Below the pieces are notes generated by a model, which saw only the letters and a list, made by a program, of their open reading frames with translations, was not told the origin of the DNA and ran no database searches. From Fidelibacterota bacterium (GTDB taxonomy: Bacteria > Fidelibacterota > Marinisomatia > Marinisomatales > S15-B10), in the NCBI GenBank assembly GCA_046861655.1, contig JBHIAI010000001.1, forward strand, positions 43,027 to 107,026: a stretch of DNA of 64,000 bases, read 5' to 3'. Shown piece after piece: positions 29,137 through 39,225 of this stretch; positions within the stretch are counted from its first letter, which is position 1, and every line of letters begins with the position of its first letter. Position numbers and translations under genes: made by a program.

Positions 29137-29574
29137 TTACTCGTCTGGCGAACGGTGGGCGGTGGCCTCCTCATCGACCCAATCTTCTTCTTCCCACATC
29201 ATACCCTTTCTGCCCGGCACTTTCCTGGTGGGTCCCGCCCTGTAGAATGAACACAATTTCGGTCCATAGCAAAAAGTCTCAAACCTATAGCGTCTTTGCT
29301 GAGGGTTCCACTGGTCAATGATCATGTCAACGGGCATACGACACCCCCAGACGCAGGCTTGACACTTCTTGGCATAGGTCCTTGCATTCAGACGCTGGTG
29401 CCCTCGATGTCGGTAGGTAGGCAGATCGGGGGGAACACCATACCATGGAGGGGGATCAGGTGGTTCAGCGCTGGATCGTTCTATGACGCTAAGCCGGATG
29501 CGGGGCTGAATTGAGGTGACTATGCCTTTCCAATCTACTTTCTCAGACATCACGTCATACAGATGGCGGTTCAT
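29137..29574 (-). CDS. Conserved hypothetical Cys-containing protein, possibly internally deleted
   Basis: CQACVWGCRMPV and FETFCYGPKLC motifs. Confidence 0.55.
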   Translation of the reverse strand: MNRHLYDVMSEKVDWKGIVTSIQPRIRLSVIERSSAEPPDPPPWYGVPPDLPTYRHRGHQRLNARTYAKKCQACVWGCRMPVDMIIDQWNPQQRRYRFETFCYGPKLCSFYRAGPTRKVPGRKGMMWEEEDWVDEEATAHRSPDE

Positions 29575-29640
29575 GTTGAACGGGCTTGAACGTCTTCCGG
29601 CACGATGGTATGTCCACTGAGCCGGCCCACTTGTCGAAAC

Positions 29641-30459
29641 CTAGATATTCTCAAGTAATACCGAAGCCGAATACGGAATGATTTCCCCTGTGTTTCTTTC
29701 TCTCCATATCTTCTCCGTGTGGGCCGCATTGTACACATGCCACTTCCCCGGGAATCGTTTGGCTATGGATCTCAGTATACCCATTTCTTTCTCTGAGAGA
29801 GGGTCGGCTGTGGTTTCGTCTGCTCTCATTATTTGACTCACTAACTCCCTGTAATTGTTGAGCTGAGGACCAAGCGGTAAAGCTGCATAGCTGCTTCCAG
29901 TCATGCTTCTGCCCAAATCCCTGAATGAGACCATGTCTGTGTACCATAGATACTTGGCTGTGAATAAGAATCTGTCATTTTCAACCAAAAGCCGCTTTTT
30001 CAGGATACTCTCGAGCTCCTTGATCACCAGTTTCAGCCGTGCCATTGAGAACTCTCTGTTTCCAGAGTATTCTGTTCCCAGGTCTTCACTCGTCAGTACG
30101 GTCCGAAGTGCCCTGTCCATGGAACGATTCTGAATTGAACTTCCTTCCCAGCGCTTGATGCTGGCGATTCCGACTGAAATCCTTGTTGCGAGATCGCGTT
30201 GACTCAATGATCTCTGTTTTCTCAACTCTCTTATTTCATCTCCGGTAAGCAGCCCCACTTTCTTTCGATAGACATTCGAAATGGTTTTTTGAATCGCGGT
30301 GGTTTGGTCTGTAGTACCTATCTCGATCCCACATCCGGGGCATTCGAAATACTCCGCCTCAATCGTAAAACTCTCGCCGCGGAACTCGATACTTTCGACC
30401 TTTGTGACCAAATTCATCTCACCGTGATCATTGGGGCAGAATTGATGTTGTTTTGTCAT
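29641..30459 (-). CDS. MqsA-like antitoxin (Zn finger + HTH) fused to DUF4065/Panacea domain
   Basis: CPND..CPGC; LLTGDEIRELRK HTH; KYLWYTD...GRSMTGSSYAALPLGP. Confidence 0.8.
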   Translation of the reverse strand: MTKQHQFCPNDHGEMNLVTKVESIEFRGESFTIEAEYFECPGCGIEIGTTDQTTAIQKTISNVYRKKVGLLTGDEIRELRKQRSLSQRDLATRISVGIASIKRWEGSSIQNRSMDRALRTVLTSEDLGTEYSGNREFSMARLKLVIKELESILKKRLLVENDRFLFTAKYLWYTDMVSFRDLGRSMTGSSYAALPLGPQLNNYRELVSQIMRADETTADPLSEKEMGILRSIAKRFPGKWHVYNAAHTEKIWRERNTGEIIPYSASVLLENI

Positions 30460-31025
30460 TCTCTGGCTGATCGTAGCTTTCCATCAAGCTCCTTGTAGCT
30501 AGGTCTCGGCAACCACGAAATTTACGGTATCAAATGATACCATACAACGAGTGATTTTGTGAAGGCTACCCGCGAGCCTGTCGCATCTGTTCCGTGCGAT
30601 CATCTCCGGTTCGAGAGGGCTTGAAAAAACCCTAATAAAGTGATTACGACCGACCAAATAATGTGATTACCCACACCCACACATCGACTGCTGTGCTTAT
30701 GTAAGGTGCTGCCACCTTTATTTTTTGTTGCAATATACGCCTTTTGTATGCTAACCTTGAAAAAGAACCAAGCGGGAGTGAGGTAGCGAAGCCACAGGTG
30801 AAAAACGAGACCCAACAGGGAGGAAACCATGAGAAACCAATGGGGACCTGACATGGATCACACCTACATACCCCAGGATATAGCCGTGCTGTGCGACAGG
30901 ATCGGGGGAGATGAAAATCGTTCTGGAAAAACTTTTCAGGCAGATTTTATAGTAAATTATGTGTATATTTAAGTATTATTAATTATATTTTCATTATATG
31001 AAACTCTTAATTCTTTAGGTTTGCC

Positions 31026-32270
31026 ATGATTGCCCATGTGGATATGGATTGTTTTTTCGTGGCCATCGAACGGTTCAAGGACCCCTCCCTGGTGGGGAAA
31101 GCCGTGGCCGTGGGGGGGGACCCTGAGAAAGGCCGGTCGGTGGTCACCTCGGCCTCGTACGAAGCCAGGCAGTACGGCATCCATTCGGCCATGCCCATGG
31201 CCGTGGCCATCAGGCGGTGCCCACACCTTGTGGTGGTGCCGGTGGATTTTGAGCGGTATGACCGGGTCCACCTGGAGGTCAAGAAGGTCCTGGAATCGTT
31301 CTCTCCGGCTGTGGACATGACCTCCATCGATGAAGGGTACGTGGACTTGACCGGCACCGGTCGGCTGTGGGGACCTCCCCTGAAGGCGGCAGAGCGTATC
31401 AAGTGGGCGGTACAGGAAGCCACGGGTCTCACCTGTACCGTGGGCCTTGCGAAGAACCGGCTGGTGGCCAAAATCGCCTCGGGCTGGGCCAAGCCCGATG
31501 GACTTCTTCATATTCCACCCCAGCAGGTGGAAAAACTTCTGGCTCCCCTGCCGGTGGAGGCCATCCCCGGAGTGGGCGAGAAAATGGCCGCTACCTTGCG
31601 GTCCCTGGGCCTGGAGAGGGTGGGACAGATCCAGGCGGTGGATGAATCCCTCATGGACGCCACCTTCGGAGCCTTCGGCCGGAGCCTGTGGCGAGCCGCC
31701 CGGGGAGAAGATCCGTCATGGGGGAGAGATCCCGCCAGCCGCATCCCGTCCGGGCGGGACAGGGGTGCGGGACACGGGACATCAAGGAAGTCCATCAGCA
31801 AAGAGATCACCTTCCCGGTGGATACCACCGACCGCAAGTACCTGGTCTCGGTTCTCCACTATCTTACGGAAAAAGTGTGCCGAAGCTTACGACAAAAAAG
31901 TAGGGCGGCCCGGACGGTGAACGTGAAACTGCGGTATGAAGATTTTGAAACCCGCCTTGCCTCGGCCACGTTTAACGAACCGGAAAACAGGGACGAGGCA
32001 ATCTTTTCATCGGCCTGGCGCTTGATGGAGAAGGCCATTACCCGGCGTGTGGGGATCCGCCTGGTGGGGGTTTCCCTGTCGAATCTCACCGGGTGTGTCC
32101 ATCAAACCGACCTGTTTGAGGAAACCGGATGGGTGAAAGGGTGGCAAAGGCTACAGGCGGTGGACCTGACCCGGGAGCGGTTTGGGTTTAATGCCGTCCT
32201 TTCCGGGGAAGCCATCTATCTTCTTGCCTACCCGCCTGACAGGCTCTTCCGACACCGGGGTTCGGTGTGA
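31026..32270 (+). CDS. dinB: DNA polymerase IV (Y family)
   Basis: HVDMDCFF, SYEARQYG, SIDEGY, AKIAS..KPDG. Confidence 0.93.
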   Translation: MIAHVDMDCFFVAIERFKDPSLVGKAVAVGGDPEKGRSVVTSASYEARQYGIHSAMPMAVAIRRCPHLVVVPVDFERYDRVHLEVKKVLESFSPAVDMTSIDEGYVDLTGTGRLWGPPLKAAERIKWAVQEATGLTCTVGLAKNRLVAKIASGWAKPDGLLHIPPQQVEKLLAPLPVEAIPGVGEKMAATLRSLGLERVGQIQAVDESLMDATFGAFGRSLWRAARGEDPSWGRDPASRIPSGRDRGAGHGTSRKSISKEITFPVDTTDRKYLVSVLHYLTEKVCRSLRQKSRAARTVNVKLRYEDFETRLASATFNEPENRDEAIFSSAWRLMEKAITRRVGIRLVGVSLSNLTGCVHQTDLFEETGWVKGWQRLQAVDLTRERFGFNAVLSGEAIYLLAYPPDRLFRHRGSV

Positions 32271-32390
32271 ATAGATAAATGTCTTGATGAAAGTCCGTCT
32301 GGAAGGCATATTCCCGCCGTAGCGGGACAGGTTGTATGGGTGGACATCATATGTGCGATTGTATAAAGGAGACAAAAGGAGGGAAGTCAC

Positions 32391-32795
32391 ATGCAGCGAG
32401 GAAGCGTAAACCGGGTCTTTATCGTGGGGTATCTAGGGTCGGATCCTGAAAGCCGGTACACCGCTGCGGGAACCGCCACCACGACATTCCGGGTGGCCAC
32501 CAATGAGTCCTGGCGAGACAGCGAGGGGGAGCTCCAGGAACATACCGAATGGCACCGCTGCGTGCTGTTTGGCAAAGCGGCCGAGATGGCGAAAGAATAC
32601 CTGAAGAAAGGCCGTCTGGTGGCCCTGGAGGGGCGTCTGAGAACCCGCACCTGGGAAGATAAAGAGGGTGTCCAACGGTCCACTACGGAAATCCGGGGGG
32701 ATACCTTTACCATGCTCGGCCGGAGAGGGGATACGGCGGAAGAAGCACCCGAAGAAGAGTCGGAACCGGCCAGCGATGACGATCTTCCGTTTTAA
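32391..32795 (+). CDS. ssb: Single-stranded DNA-binding protein
   Basis: VNRVFIVGYLG, TEWHRC, C-terminal DDDLPF. Confidence 0.95.
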   Translation: MQRGSVNRVFIVGYLGSDPESRYTAAGTATTTFRVATNESWRDSEGELQEHTEWHRCVLFGKAAEMAKEYLKKGRLVALEGRLRTRTWEDKEGVQRSTTEIRGDTFTMLGRRGDTAEEAPEEESEPASDDDLPF

Positions 32796-33145
32796 GGCGA
32801 CCCTTTTTAGAACGCGGCCTTAGCGGGGTGACGAGTTTCAGGCATCCCCGCGGCGATTGCCAGGACCAGACAGATCATTTTCAGCCGCAGGTTCTTTTGC
32901 AGCGCTTTTCTTCTGAAGAAAAGCGCGAGACATCTTTTTCATAGGGAGAACCGACACCCGCGTTTGTCTCGCCCAGTGACCTTCTCTTGTCGTCCTTCCT
33001 TTTCGAAAAGAAGGACCCCCGAAAAAGCACCGGGATCGTCAAACAGAAATCGATCTTATTCCTTGAGCTTCGCTGCGTCCAACCGAGTCTGGATCTTCCT
33101 GAGGCGACAAAAAAAAACAAAAAACCAACCTGATACATATCTGTT

Positions 33146-33916
33146 GTGCGCATCCGTCCCCTGTTCATCTGTAAGAGCCACTACACCTTCCTGGAAGGGA
33201 TTCACGCCGTTTCCGACCTTGTGGAATTCGCCCGGGACCGGGGTATAACCCCGCTGTGCCTGGCAGACAAAAACGGGCTGTACGGCGCCGTGGAATTCCT
33301 TACCGCCTGCCGGGACGCGGGGATTCACCCCATCCTGGGGACCGAACTGGTCCAGGGGCCCAGACAGGCAATCCTTCTGGCCAGGAATCACACAGGCTAC
33401 GAGGAAATGTCGGAGTGGGTGACCCGACTGCACCTGGACGGACTTCGCATCGATAAGGACCTTGAGGTAGACTCCCCCAATCTTCTGGTTCTGTGCCGGG
33501 ATCCGTTTCTCCTTCAGCGCTGGCTCAAACCGGGAAAAAACTCCCTGTTTCCAGCCCTGACTCTCACCAACCGGCAAGCCTGCCAGACGGTGCTGAACCT
33601 TCTCAGCCGGAGACCGTCCCGCCAGGGCGGGACCCGGATCCCCGCGGTGCCGGTGGTGGAGGTCAACCTTCTCTCCCCAAACGATACATCGCTGTACCGG
33701 ATGGTCAGCGCCATCCGCCTGGACTGTACGGTCCAGACCCTGCCCACGGAAGACCTGTACCCATGGGAAGAAGCCCTGGAAAGGCTTTCCCCTGAGATCG
33801 AGACCGATACCCCTCCCTATGACCCCCTTCTGTCTGGAACAGACCTCGCCCACCGATGCCAGCTGGAGCTTGACGTTAACAGCTATCATCTGCCAGCGTT
33901 CACACCAACAGAGTAG
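33146..33916 (+). CDS. dnaE2: Error-prone DNA polymerase III alpha, N-terminal PHP half
   Basis: SHYTFLEG, LADKNGLYGAVEF, GIHPILGTEL, LLARNHTGY; ends RCQLEL...HLPAF. Confidence 0.8.
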   Translation: MRIRPLFICKSHYTFLEGIHAVSDLVEFARDRGITPLCLADKNGLYGAVEFLTACRDAGIHPILGTELVQGPRQAILLARNHTGYEEMSEWVTRLHLDGLRIDKDLEVDSPNLLVLCRDPFLLQRWLKPGKNSLFPALTLTNRQACQTVLNLLSRRPSRQGGTRIPAVPVVEVNLLSPNDTSLYRMVSAIRLDCTVQTLPTEDLYPWEEALERLSPEIETDTPPYDPLLSGTDLAHRCQLELDVNSYHLPAFTPTE

Positions 33917-33979
33917 TCTGCAACCCCCCCCTGCAACCTTATTTATTAAAAAATATGGTGCCATATGTTTAAAAAACCC

Positions 33980-34008
33980 TTGAAATATTTGTTCATGACT
34001 TATAGAAT
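33980..34008 (+). promoter_or_regulatory. Sigma70 promoter of the lrp-like gene
   Basis: TTGAAA-17-TAGAAT ending 10 nt before ATG 34019. Confidence 0.65.
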
Positions 34009-34018
34009 GTAGAATTCC

Positions 34019-34480
34019 ATGGTAGATGAAAAGGACAGGATCATTCTGGATTTACTCCAGGATAGTGGCCGGAGGACTGCCAGGGAGGTGGCAGACCATG
34101 TGGATCTGTCGGTACCGGCGGTAGGGGAGCGGATCAAGAAACTGGTGGATGAAGGGATTATCGGTGAGTTCCGGGCGGTGGTGGATCCCAAGAAACTGGG
34201 GTACGATGTGACGGCGTTCATCCTGGTGGTGATGGCGTCCTCGGAACATTATGAGGATCTTGTGACGGAGGCGAGGGGGTCGGATGAGGTGCTGGAATGC
34301 CACTCCATCACGGGGGAGGGTTCCCACATCTTGAAAGTTCGAACCCACGATACCTCTTCCCTGGAGGGACTTTTGAGGGAGATTCAGTCCTGGCCCGGGG
34401 TGATTCGCACCCATACCATGGTGGTCATGTCCACCTTCAAGGAAACCACCCGGTTGAAACTTCATCAGAGGAAAAAATAA
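34019..34480 (+). CDS. Lrp/AsnC family regulator
   Basis: DEKDRIILDLLQ HTH; ECHSITG; GVIRTHT. Confidence 0.93.
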   Translation: MVDEKDRIILDLLQDSGRRTAREVADHVDLSVPAVGERIKKLVDEGIIGEFRAVVDPKKLGYDVTAFILVVMASSEHYEDLVTEARGSDEVLECHSITGEGSHILKVRTHDTSSLEGLLREIQSWPGVIRTHTMVVMSTFKETTRLKLHQRKK

Positions 34481-34533
34481 ACCACAGAGGACACAGAGTA
34501 GGATCTATAGTTTTTCTCTGCGCTTTCTGTGGT
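34481..34533. repeat. Intergenic inverted repeat
   Basis: ACCACAGAGGACACAGAG ... CTCTGCGCTTTCTGTGGT (14/18 complementary). Confidence 0.55.
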
Positions 34534-34555
34534 CCCATCTTCTCAAGTTAAAGTC

Positions 34556-35698
34556 ATGTCCAGCGGGGAGGTTGACTATGACGTGGTGATTGTGGGGGCC
34601 GGGGTGGTGGGACTGGCGGTGGCCTGGGCCCTGGCGAAGAGCAAGGTAACTTCCGTCTTAGCCATAGAGAAAGAATCGAGTTACGGCCGGGGGACCTCCG
34701 GTCGAAACAGTGAGGTTATCCACTCCGGTATCTACTATCCCAAGGATTCCCTGAAAAGTCATTATTGCCGTGCCGGGAGAGACGCCTTATACCGATTCTG
34801 CCGGGAAAACGATGTATGGCACGCCCGGTGCGGGAAACTGGTGGTGGCTCAGAAGGGACAGGAGAGGGAGTTGGAGAGGCTTCATGAACAGGCCCTGCGT
34901 AATGAGGTTCCGGATACCTATCTCATGGACGCAACGGAAATGGCTACCCTGGAACCGGACGTGTCGGGTAGGCGTGCCCTCTTCGTGGGATGTACGGGTG
35001 TCGTATCGGCCCATGATCTCATGTCGGCCTTCTACCGCCACTCCGTAGAAGCGAACCACGACCTGGTGGTTAAGGCCCGGGTGGTCGGGGTGGAATCCCG
35101 GGGTGACCGGTACGCGGTAGCGGTGGAAGGTCCCGGAGAGGCAACCTACACTGTAACGGCCACCTGGGTGGTGAACGCGGCGGGACTCTACGGTGACCGG
35201 GTGGCGGCGTTTCTGTGGGGGTCGAAAGAAGCCGACGGCCTGACCCTTCATTACTCCAAGGGATCGTACTTTAGACTTTCTTCCCGATGGCGCCATCGCG
35301 TTCAACACCTGGTTTATCCCCTGCCGGACCCTGAGCACGATTCTTTGGGTATTCACCTCAGTTTCGATCAGGGCGGTGCCGTGAGGCTGGGTCCCGATGC
35401 CGAATGGCTTGCGGAAAACAGGGAGGATTATACCGTGCCTGAGGACCGGAAAGAGATGTTCTACACGGCCGCAAAACGGTATTTACCGGGGCTTGATCTT
35501 GAGGATTTGAGTCCCGACTTCGCCGGGATCCGGCCGAAACTGGCGGGACCGGATGAAGGCCCCTCTGATTTCTACATCCAGCATGAAACCTCCCGGGGAT
35601 ATCCCGGATGGATCAACCTCATGGGGATTGACTCTCCGGGATTGACGGCGGCCATCGCCATCGGCGAGGATGTCGCCAAATGGATTACGGAAGCATAG
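34556..35698 (+). CDS. FAD-dependent oxidoreductase (LhgO-like)
   Basis: GAGVVG, TSGRNSEVIHSGIYY, GIDSPGLT. Confidence 0.88.
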   Translation: MSSGEVDYDVVIVGAGVVGLAVAWALAKSKVTSVLAIEKESSYGRGTSGRNSEVIHSGIYYPKDSLKSHYCRAGRDALYRFCRENDVWHARCGKLVVAQKGQERELERLHEQALRNEVPDTYLMDATEMATLEPDVSGRRALFVGCTGVVSAHDLMSAFYRHSVEANHDLVVKARVVGVESRGDRYAVAVEGPGEATYTVTATWVVNAAGLYGDRVAAFLWGSKEADGLTLHYSKGSYFRLSSRWRHRVQHLVYPLPDPEHDSLGIHLSFDQGGAVRLGPDAEWLAENREDYTVPEDRKEMFYTAAKRYLPGLDLEDLSPDFAGIRPKLAGPDEGPSDFYIQHETSRGYPGWINLMGIDSPGLTAAIAIGEDVAKWITEA

Positions 35699-35739
35699 AC
35701 TCGCAACGATAAAACCCACGAACGAAAAGGAGAACAGAC

Positions 35740-37152
35740 GTGACACCGAAGGAATTTTTCGAGTTCTGTAAGGAAAATCGTGCCGAGATGGTCGATCTGA
35801 AGTTTGTGGACCTTTTGGGTACGTGGCAGCATTGTTCATTCCCGATTGACACCCTGGATGAGAGTACGTTCGAGGACGGCCTGGGATTCGACGGTTCCTC
35901 CATTCGCGGATGGCAGGGAATCCACATGTCGGACATGCTGGCGGTTCCCGATCCAGCCACCACGTGTCTGGACCCCTTTTTCGCGAAGCCCACGGTCAGT
36001 GTGATCGCCAATATTGTGGATCCGGTGACGAAACAGGACTACACACGCGATCCGCGTCATGTCGCCCGGAAAGGGGAACAGTACCTTCGATCAACGGGGA
36101 TCGCGGACACCTGCTACATCGGCCCGGAGCCCGAGTTTTTCATCTTTGACGAAGTGAGATTTGAGCAGAACCAGCATACGGGGATGTACAGGATTGATTC
36201 TATTGAAGGTGCCTGGAATACAGCCCGCTTCGAAGAACCCAATCTGGGGTACAAACCCAGTTTTAAGGGAGGATATTTTCCGGTGAGTCCTACCGATACG
36301 TACCATGACCTGCGCGGGGAAATGGTGTATGAGATGCGCAAGGTAGGAATCATCGTTGAAGCCCACCACCACGAGGTGGCTACAGGAGGTCAGGGTGAGA
36401 TTGATATGAGATACGCGCCGCTGTTGAAAATGTCGGACCAGTTCATGTGGTACAAATACATCATCAAGAACGTGGCCAAGCGGAATGGGAAAACCGTAAC
36501 CTTCATGCCGAAACCCGTTTTTGAAGATAATGGTAGCGGAATGCACACCCATTTTTCATTATGGAAGGGGGGGGAACCGCTGTTTGCGGATGACGGGTAC
36601 GCCGGATTGAGCAAACTTGCCCTGAATGCCGCGGGGGGTATCCTGAAACACGCGCCGGCCATTCTGGCGTTCGCGGCGCCCACCACCAATTCCTACCGTC
36701 GATTGGTTCCAGGATTTGAGGCACCGGTGAACCTGTGCCTGTCGGCCAGAAACCGGTCTGCGGCAGTCCGTATCCCCATGTATTCGGCGAATCCCAAGTC
36801 CAAGCGGCTTGAATTCCGTTGTCCGGATCCCACGTGTAACGGGTATTTGACCTGGACGGCTATGATGATGGCGGCTATCGATGGTATCCAGAATCAAATC
36901 GATCCCGGGAAACCTCTGGATAGGGATATTTACGAAATGAAACCGGAAGAACTGGAAGGGTACCATCATACACCTGGGTCACTGGAAGAGGCCCTGAAGG
37001 CGCTGGAGGATGATCATGAGTTCCTCACAGAAGGCAAGGTCTTTACGGAGGATTTGATTGAGACCTGGATCCGGTGGAAACGCGATGAGGAGCTAGCGCC
37101 GCTGGCCCGGAGACCCCATCCATTTGAGTTCCATCTGTATTACGACGCGTAG
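35740..37152 (+). CDS. glnA: Glutamine synthetase type I
   Basis: [35 protein letters not shown]. Confidence 0.97.
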   Translation: MTPKEFFEFCKENRAEMVDLKFVDLLGTWQHCSFPIDTLDESTFEDGLGFDGSSIRGWQGIHMSDMLAVPDPATTCLDPFFAKPTVSVIANIVDPVTKQDYTRDPRHVARKGEQYLRSTGIADTCYIGPEPEFFIFDEVRFEQNQHTGMYRIDSIEGAWNTARFEEPNLGYKPSFKGGYFPVSPTDTYHDLRGEMVYEMRKVGIIVEAHHHEVATGGQGEIDMRYAPLLKMSDQFMWYKYIIKNVAKRNGKTVTFMPKPVFEDNGSGMHTHFSLWKGGEPLFADDGYAGLSKLALNAAGGILKHAPAILAFAAPTTNSYRRLVPGFEAPVNLCLSARNRSAAVRIPMYSANPKSKRLEFRCPDPTCNGYLTWTAMMMAAIDGIQNQIDPGKPLDRDIYEMKPEELEGYHHTPGSLEEALKALEDDHEFLTEGKVFTEDLIETWIRWKRDEELAPLARRPHPFEFHLYYDA

Positions 37153-37193
37153 CTTTGGGGGGTACCGCTCACGCTATCTTCCCGGTCGTCTGG

Positions 37194-38579
37194 ATGAATA
37201 GAAGGTTTCCCGTCGTTGTTCTCCTATTTCATTTTCTGAACTATGCGGCGGGACCGGGACCGCCCCATTCGGTTCAGGTGCTGGCGGTCAAGACCGTGGT
37301 GAACCCGTCAGTGGAAAAACTCATGGCCGCCGCCCTGGCTGACAGTTCTGCCTATGAACGTTTGGCGTATCTCACCGATACGTTCGGTCCCCGTTTCAGC
37401 GGGACGCGGAATCTGGAAGATGCCATCGACTGGATTCTTTCCGAGATGACGGAAGACGGGTTACAGAATGTTCACGGAGAGGGCGTTAGGGTCCCCCGGT
37501 GGGTCCGGGGAACCGAGAAGGTGGAACTGTTAGAACCCAGGTATAAGAATCTGGCCATGTTGGGACTGGGAGGGAGCGTAGGAACCCCTCCCGAAGGAAT
37601 CACGGCGGAGGTTCTGGTGGTCAAGAATTTTGATGAATTGGCGGCTCGCGCGGATGAGGCGGAAGGGAAGATCGTTCTTTTCAATGCCCCTTTCACCACG
37701 TACGGAGAGACGGTGGAGTATCGTATCGGCGGTGCCAGTGCCGCAGCCAGGGCGGGGGCGGTGGCCAGCCTGGTGCGTTCCGTGGGACCGTATTCCATGA
37801 ATACCCCTCATACAGGGGGCATGGGGTACGAGGAGGGCGTTCGCAAGGTTCCCCATGGGGCTATCACCGTGGAGGACGCCATGATGATTCAGCGGATGGT
37901 GAACGGTGGAAAAAAGGTGGTGGTCCGCATGTACATGGAGGCCCATTTTGAGGAAGATGTTCTCTCCCGGAATGTGGTGGGGGAGATTGTGGGGCGTGAA
38001 AAGCCAGAGGAGGTGGTAGTTCTGGGAGGCCACATCGATTCGTGGGATGTGGGGACGGGAGCCATGGATGATGCGGGGGGATGTGTGGCGGCCTGGGAGG
38101 CAGTCAGGCTCATGCACGCGTTGAACGTACGGCCCCGGCGGACAGTCCGGGTGGTGTTATGGACCAATGAAGAGAATGGGCTCCGGGGAGCGAAGGCTTA
38201 CCGGGACGCCCATCAGGACGAATTGGGGAATCACATACTGGCCATGGAGTCTGACAACGGCGTATTCAAGCCCATGGGGTTTGGGTTTACCGGTTCGGAT
38301 CGGGCCAGGGGGATGGTGGAGGAGATTGTGAAGTACCTCAAGCCCATCGAGGCCGATTCCATCCTGGAGGGGGGCAGTGCCGCCGATATCGGTCCCCTTG
38401 AAAAGGAGGGAGTTCCCGTCATGTCCTTGAAGGTGGACCGGTCCCGTTATTTCTGGTATCATCATACTCATGCCGATACGATTGACAAGCTCGATCCCCA
38501 CGAGCTCAATCTCTGTATCGCTGCCCTGGCGGTCATGGCCTACGGGGTGGCCGACCTCCCCGAGCGCCTTCCCCGGTAG
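37194..38579 (+). CDS. M28 family peptidase (carboxypeptidase Q-like)
   Basis: GGHIDSWD, GAMDDAGG, NEENGL, MESD, YHHTHADT. Confidence 0.9.
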   Translation: MNRRFPVVVLLFHFLNYAAGPGPPHSVQVLAVKTVVNPSVEKLMAAALADSSAYERLAYLTDTFGPRFSGTRNLEDAIDWILSEMTEDGLQNVHGEGVRVPRWVRGTEKVELLEPRYKNLAMLGLGGSVGTPPEGITAEVLVVKNFDELAARADEAEGKIVLFNAPFTTYGETVEYRIGGASAAARAGAVASLVRSVGPYSMNTPHTGGMGYEEGVRKVPHGAITVEDAMMIQRMVNGGKKVVVRMYMEAHFEEDVLSRNVVGEIVGREKPEEVVVLGGHIDSWDVGTGAMDDAGGCVAAWEAVRLMHALNVRPRRTVRVVLWTNEENGLRGAKAYRDAHQDELGNHILAMESDNGVFKPMGFGFTGSDRARGMVEEIVKYLKPIEADSILEGGSAADIGPLEKEGVPVMSLKVDRSRYFWYHHTHADTIDKLDPHELNLCIAALAVMAYGVADLPERLPR

Positions 38580-38624
38580 TCGGGAGTTCACCCATCACTT
38601 AAGGAACTGTTTCACGAGTGTTGA

Positions 38625-38658
38625 ATATGATAGAATTATATTATTATATTATGATATC
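38625..38658 (+). promoter_or_regulatory. 8-bp-periodic operator array of TA module 1
   Basis: ATATGATA GAATTATA TTATTATA TTATGATA TC. Confidence 0.5.
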
Positions 38659-38676
38659 ATTTACCGGGAGGATCCC

Positions 38677-38907
38677 ATGGGAATGACGACATTGAGGCTT
38701 TTGGATGACCAGTTAAAGGCTCTGCGGATGATTTCTGCCCGGGAAGGTCAGTCCATGAATGCAATTCTCCGTGAATTAGTAGAGGCGTTTCTGGAGGATT
38801 ATTTTGACAATCTGGCAGCAGACAAGGCCCTTGCGGAGCAGGACAAAGGAGAGTGGACGGATCTGGATGAGTTGATGGATGCTGTCCGGCCCAAAGCTTC
38901 GGGGTAA
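38677..38907 (+). CDS. RHH-type antitoxin (RelB-like)
   Basis: TTLRL N-terminal strand; FLEDYFD; GGAGG RBS; upstream of RelE. Confidence 0.8.
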   Translation: MGMTTLRLLDDQLKALRMISAREGQSMNAILRELVEAFLEDYFDNLAADKALAEQDKGEWTDLDELMDAVRPKASG

Positions 38908-38951
38908 GAAGTCCCGCATCGGATGGGCCCCTTTTCCGGAAAAATTGAGTT

Positions 38952-39209
38952 GTGAATTATCGGGTGCGGCTCGGCAAACGAGCCGTGAGGCAGTTCCGAA
39001 AACTTCCCGCTGGTATACAGGATCGGATGTACGGGCAGCTTTCTCGCCTTGCGGAAGATCCGTTCGCAGGGGACGTGGAGAAATTGAGGGGAAAGAAAAA
39101 CCGTTTTCGTCTCCGTTCCGGACGCTACCGGGCGATTTATGAGGTTGACCACGCCGTGAAGATCATCTCTGTTCTTGACGTTGGTCACCGCAAGGACATC
39201 TATCGCTAG
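38952..39209 (+). CDS. RelE/ParE family toxin
   Basis: RLRSGRYRAIY...VGHRKDIYR. Confidence 0.92.
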   Translation: MNYRVRLGKRAVRQFRKLPAGIQDRMYGQLSRLAEDPFAGDVEKLRGKKNRFRLRSGRYRAIYEVDHAVKIISVLDVGHRKDIYR

Positions 39210-39225
39210 GCATGAAGGAGTTGAA

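Noticed and set aside
30600..30854. 84-aa ORF as the missing toxin
   Set aside because: No MqsR/RelE-like features and not coupled to the antitoxin start
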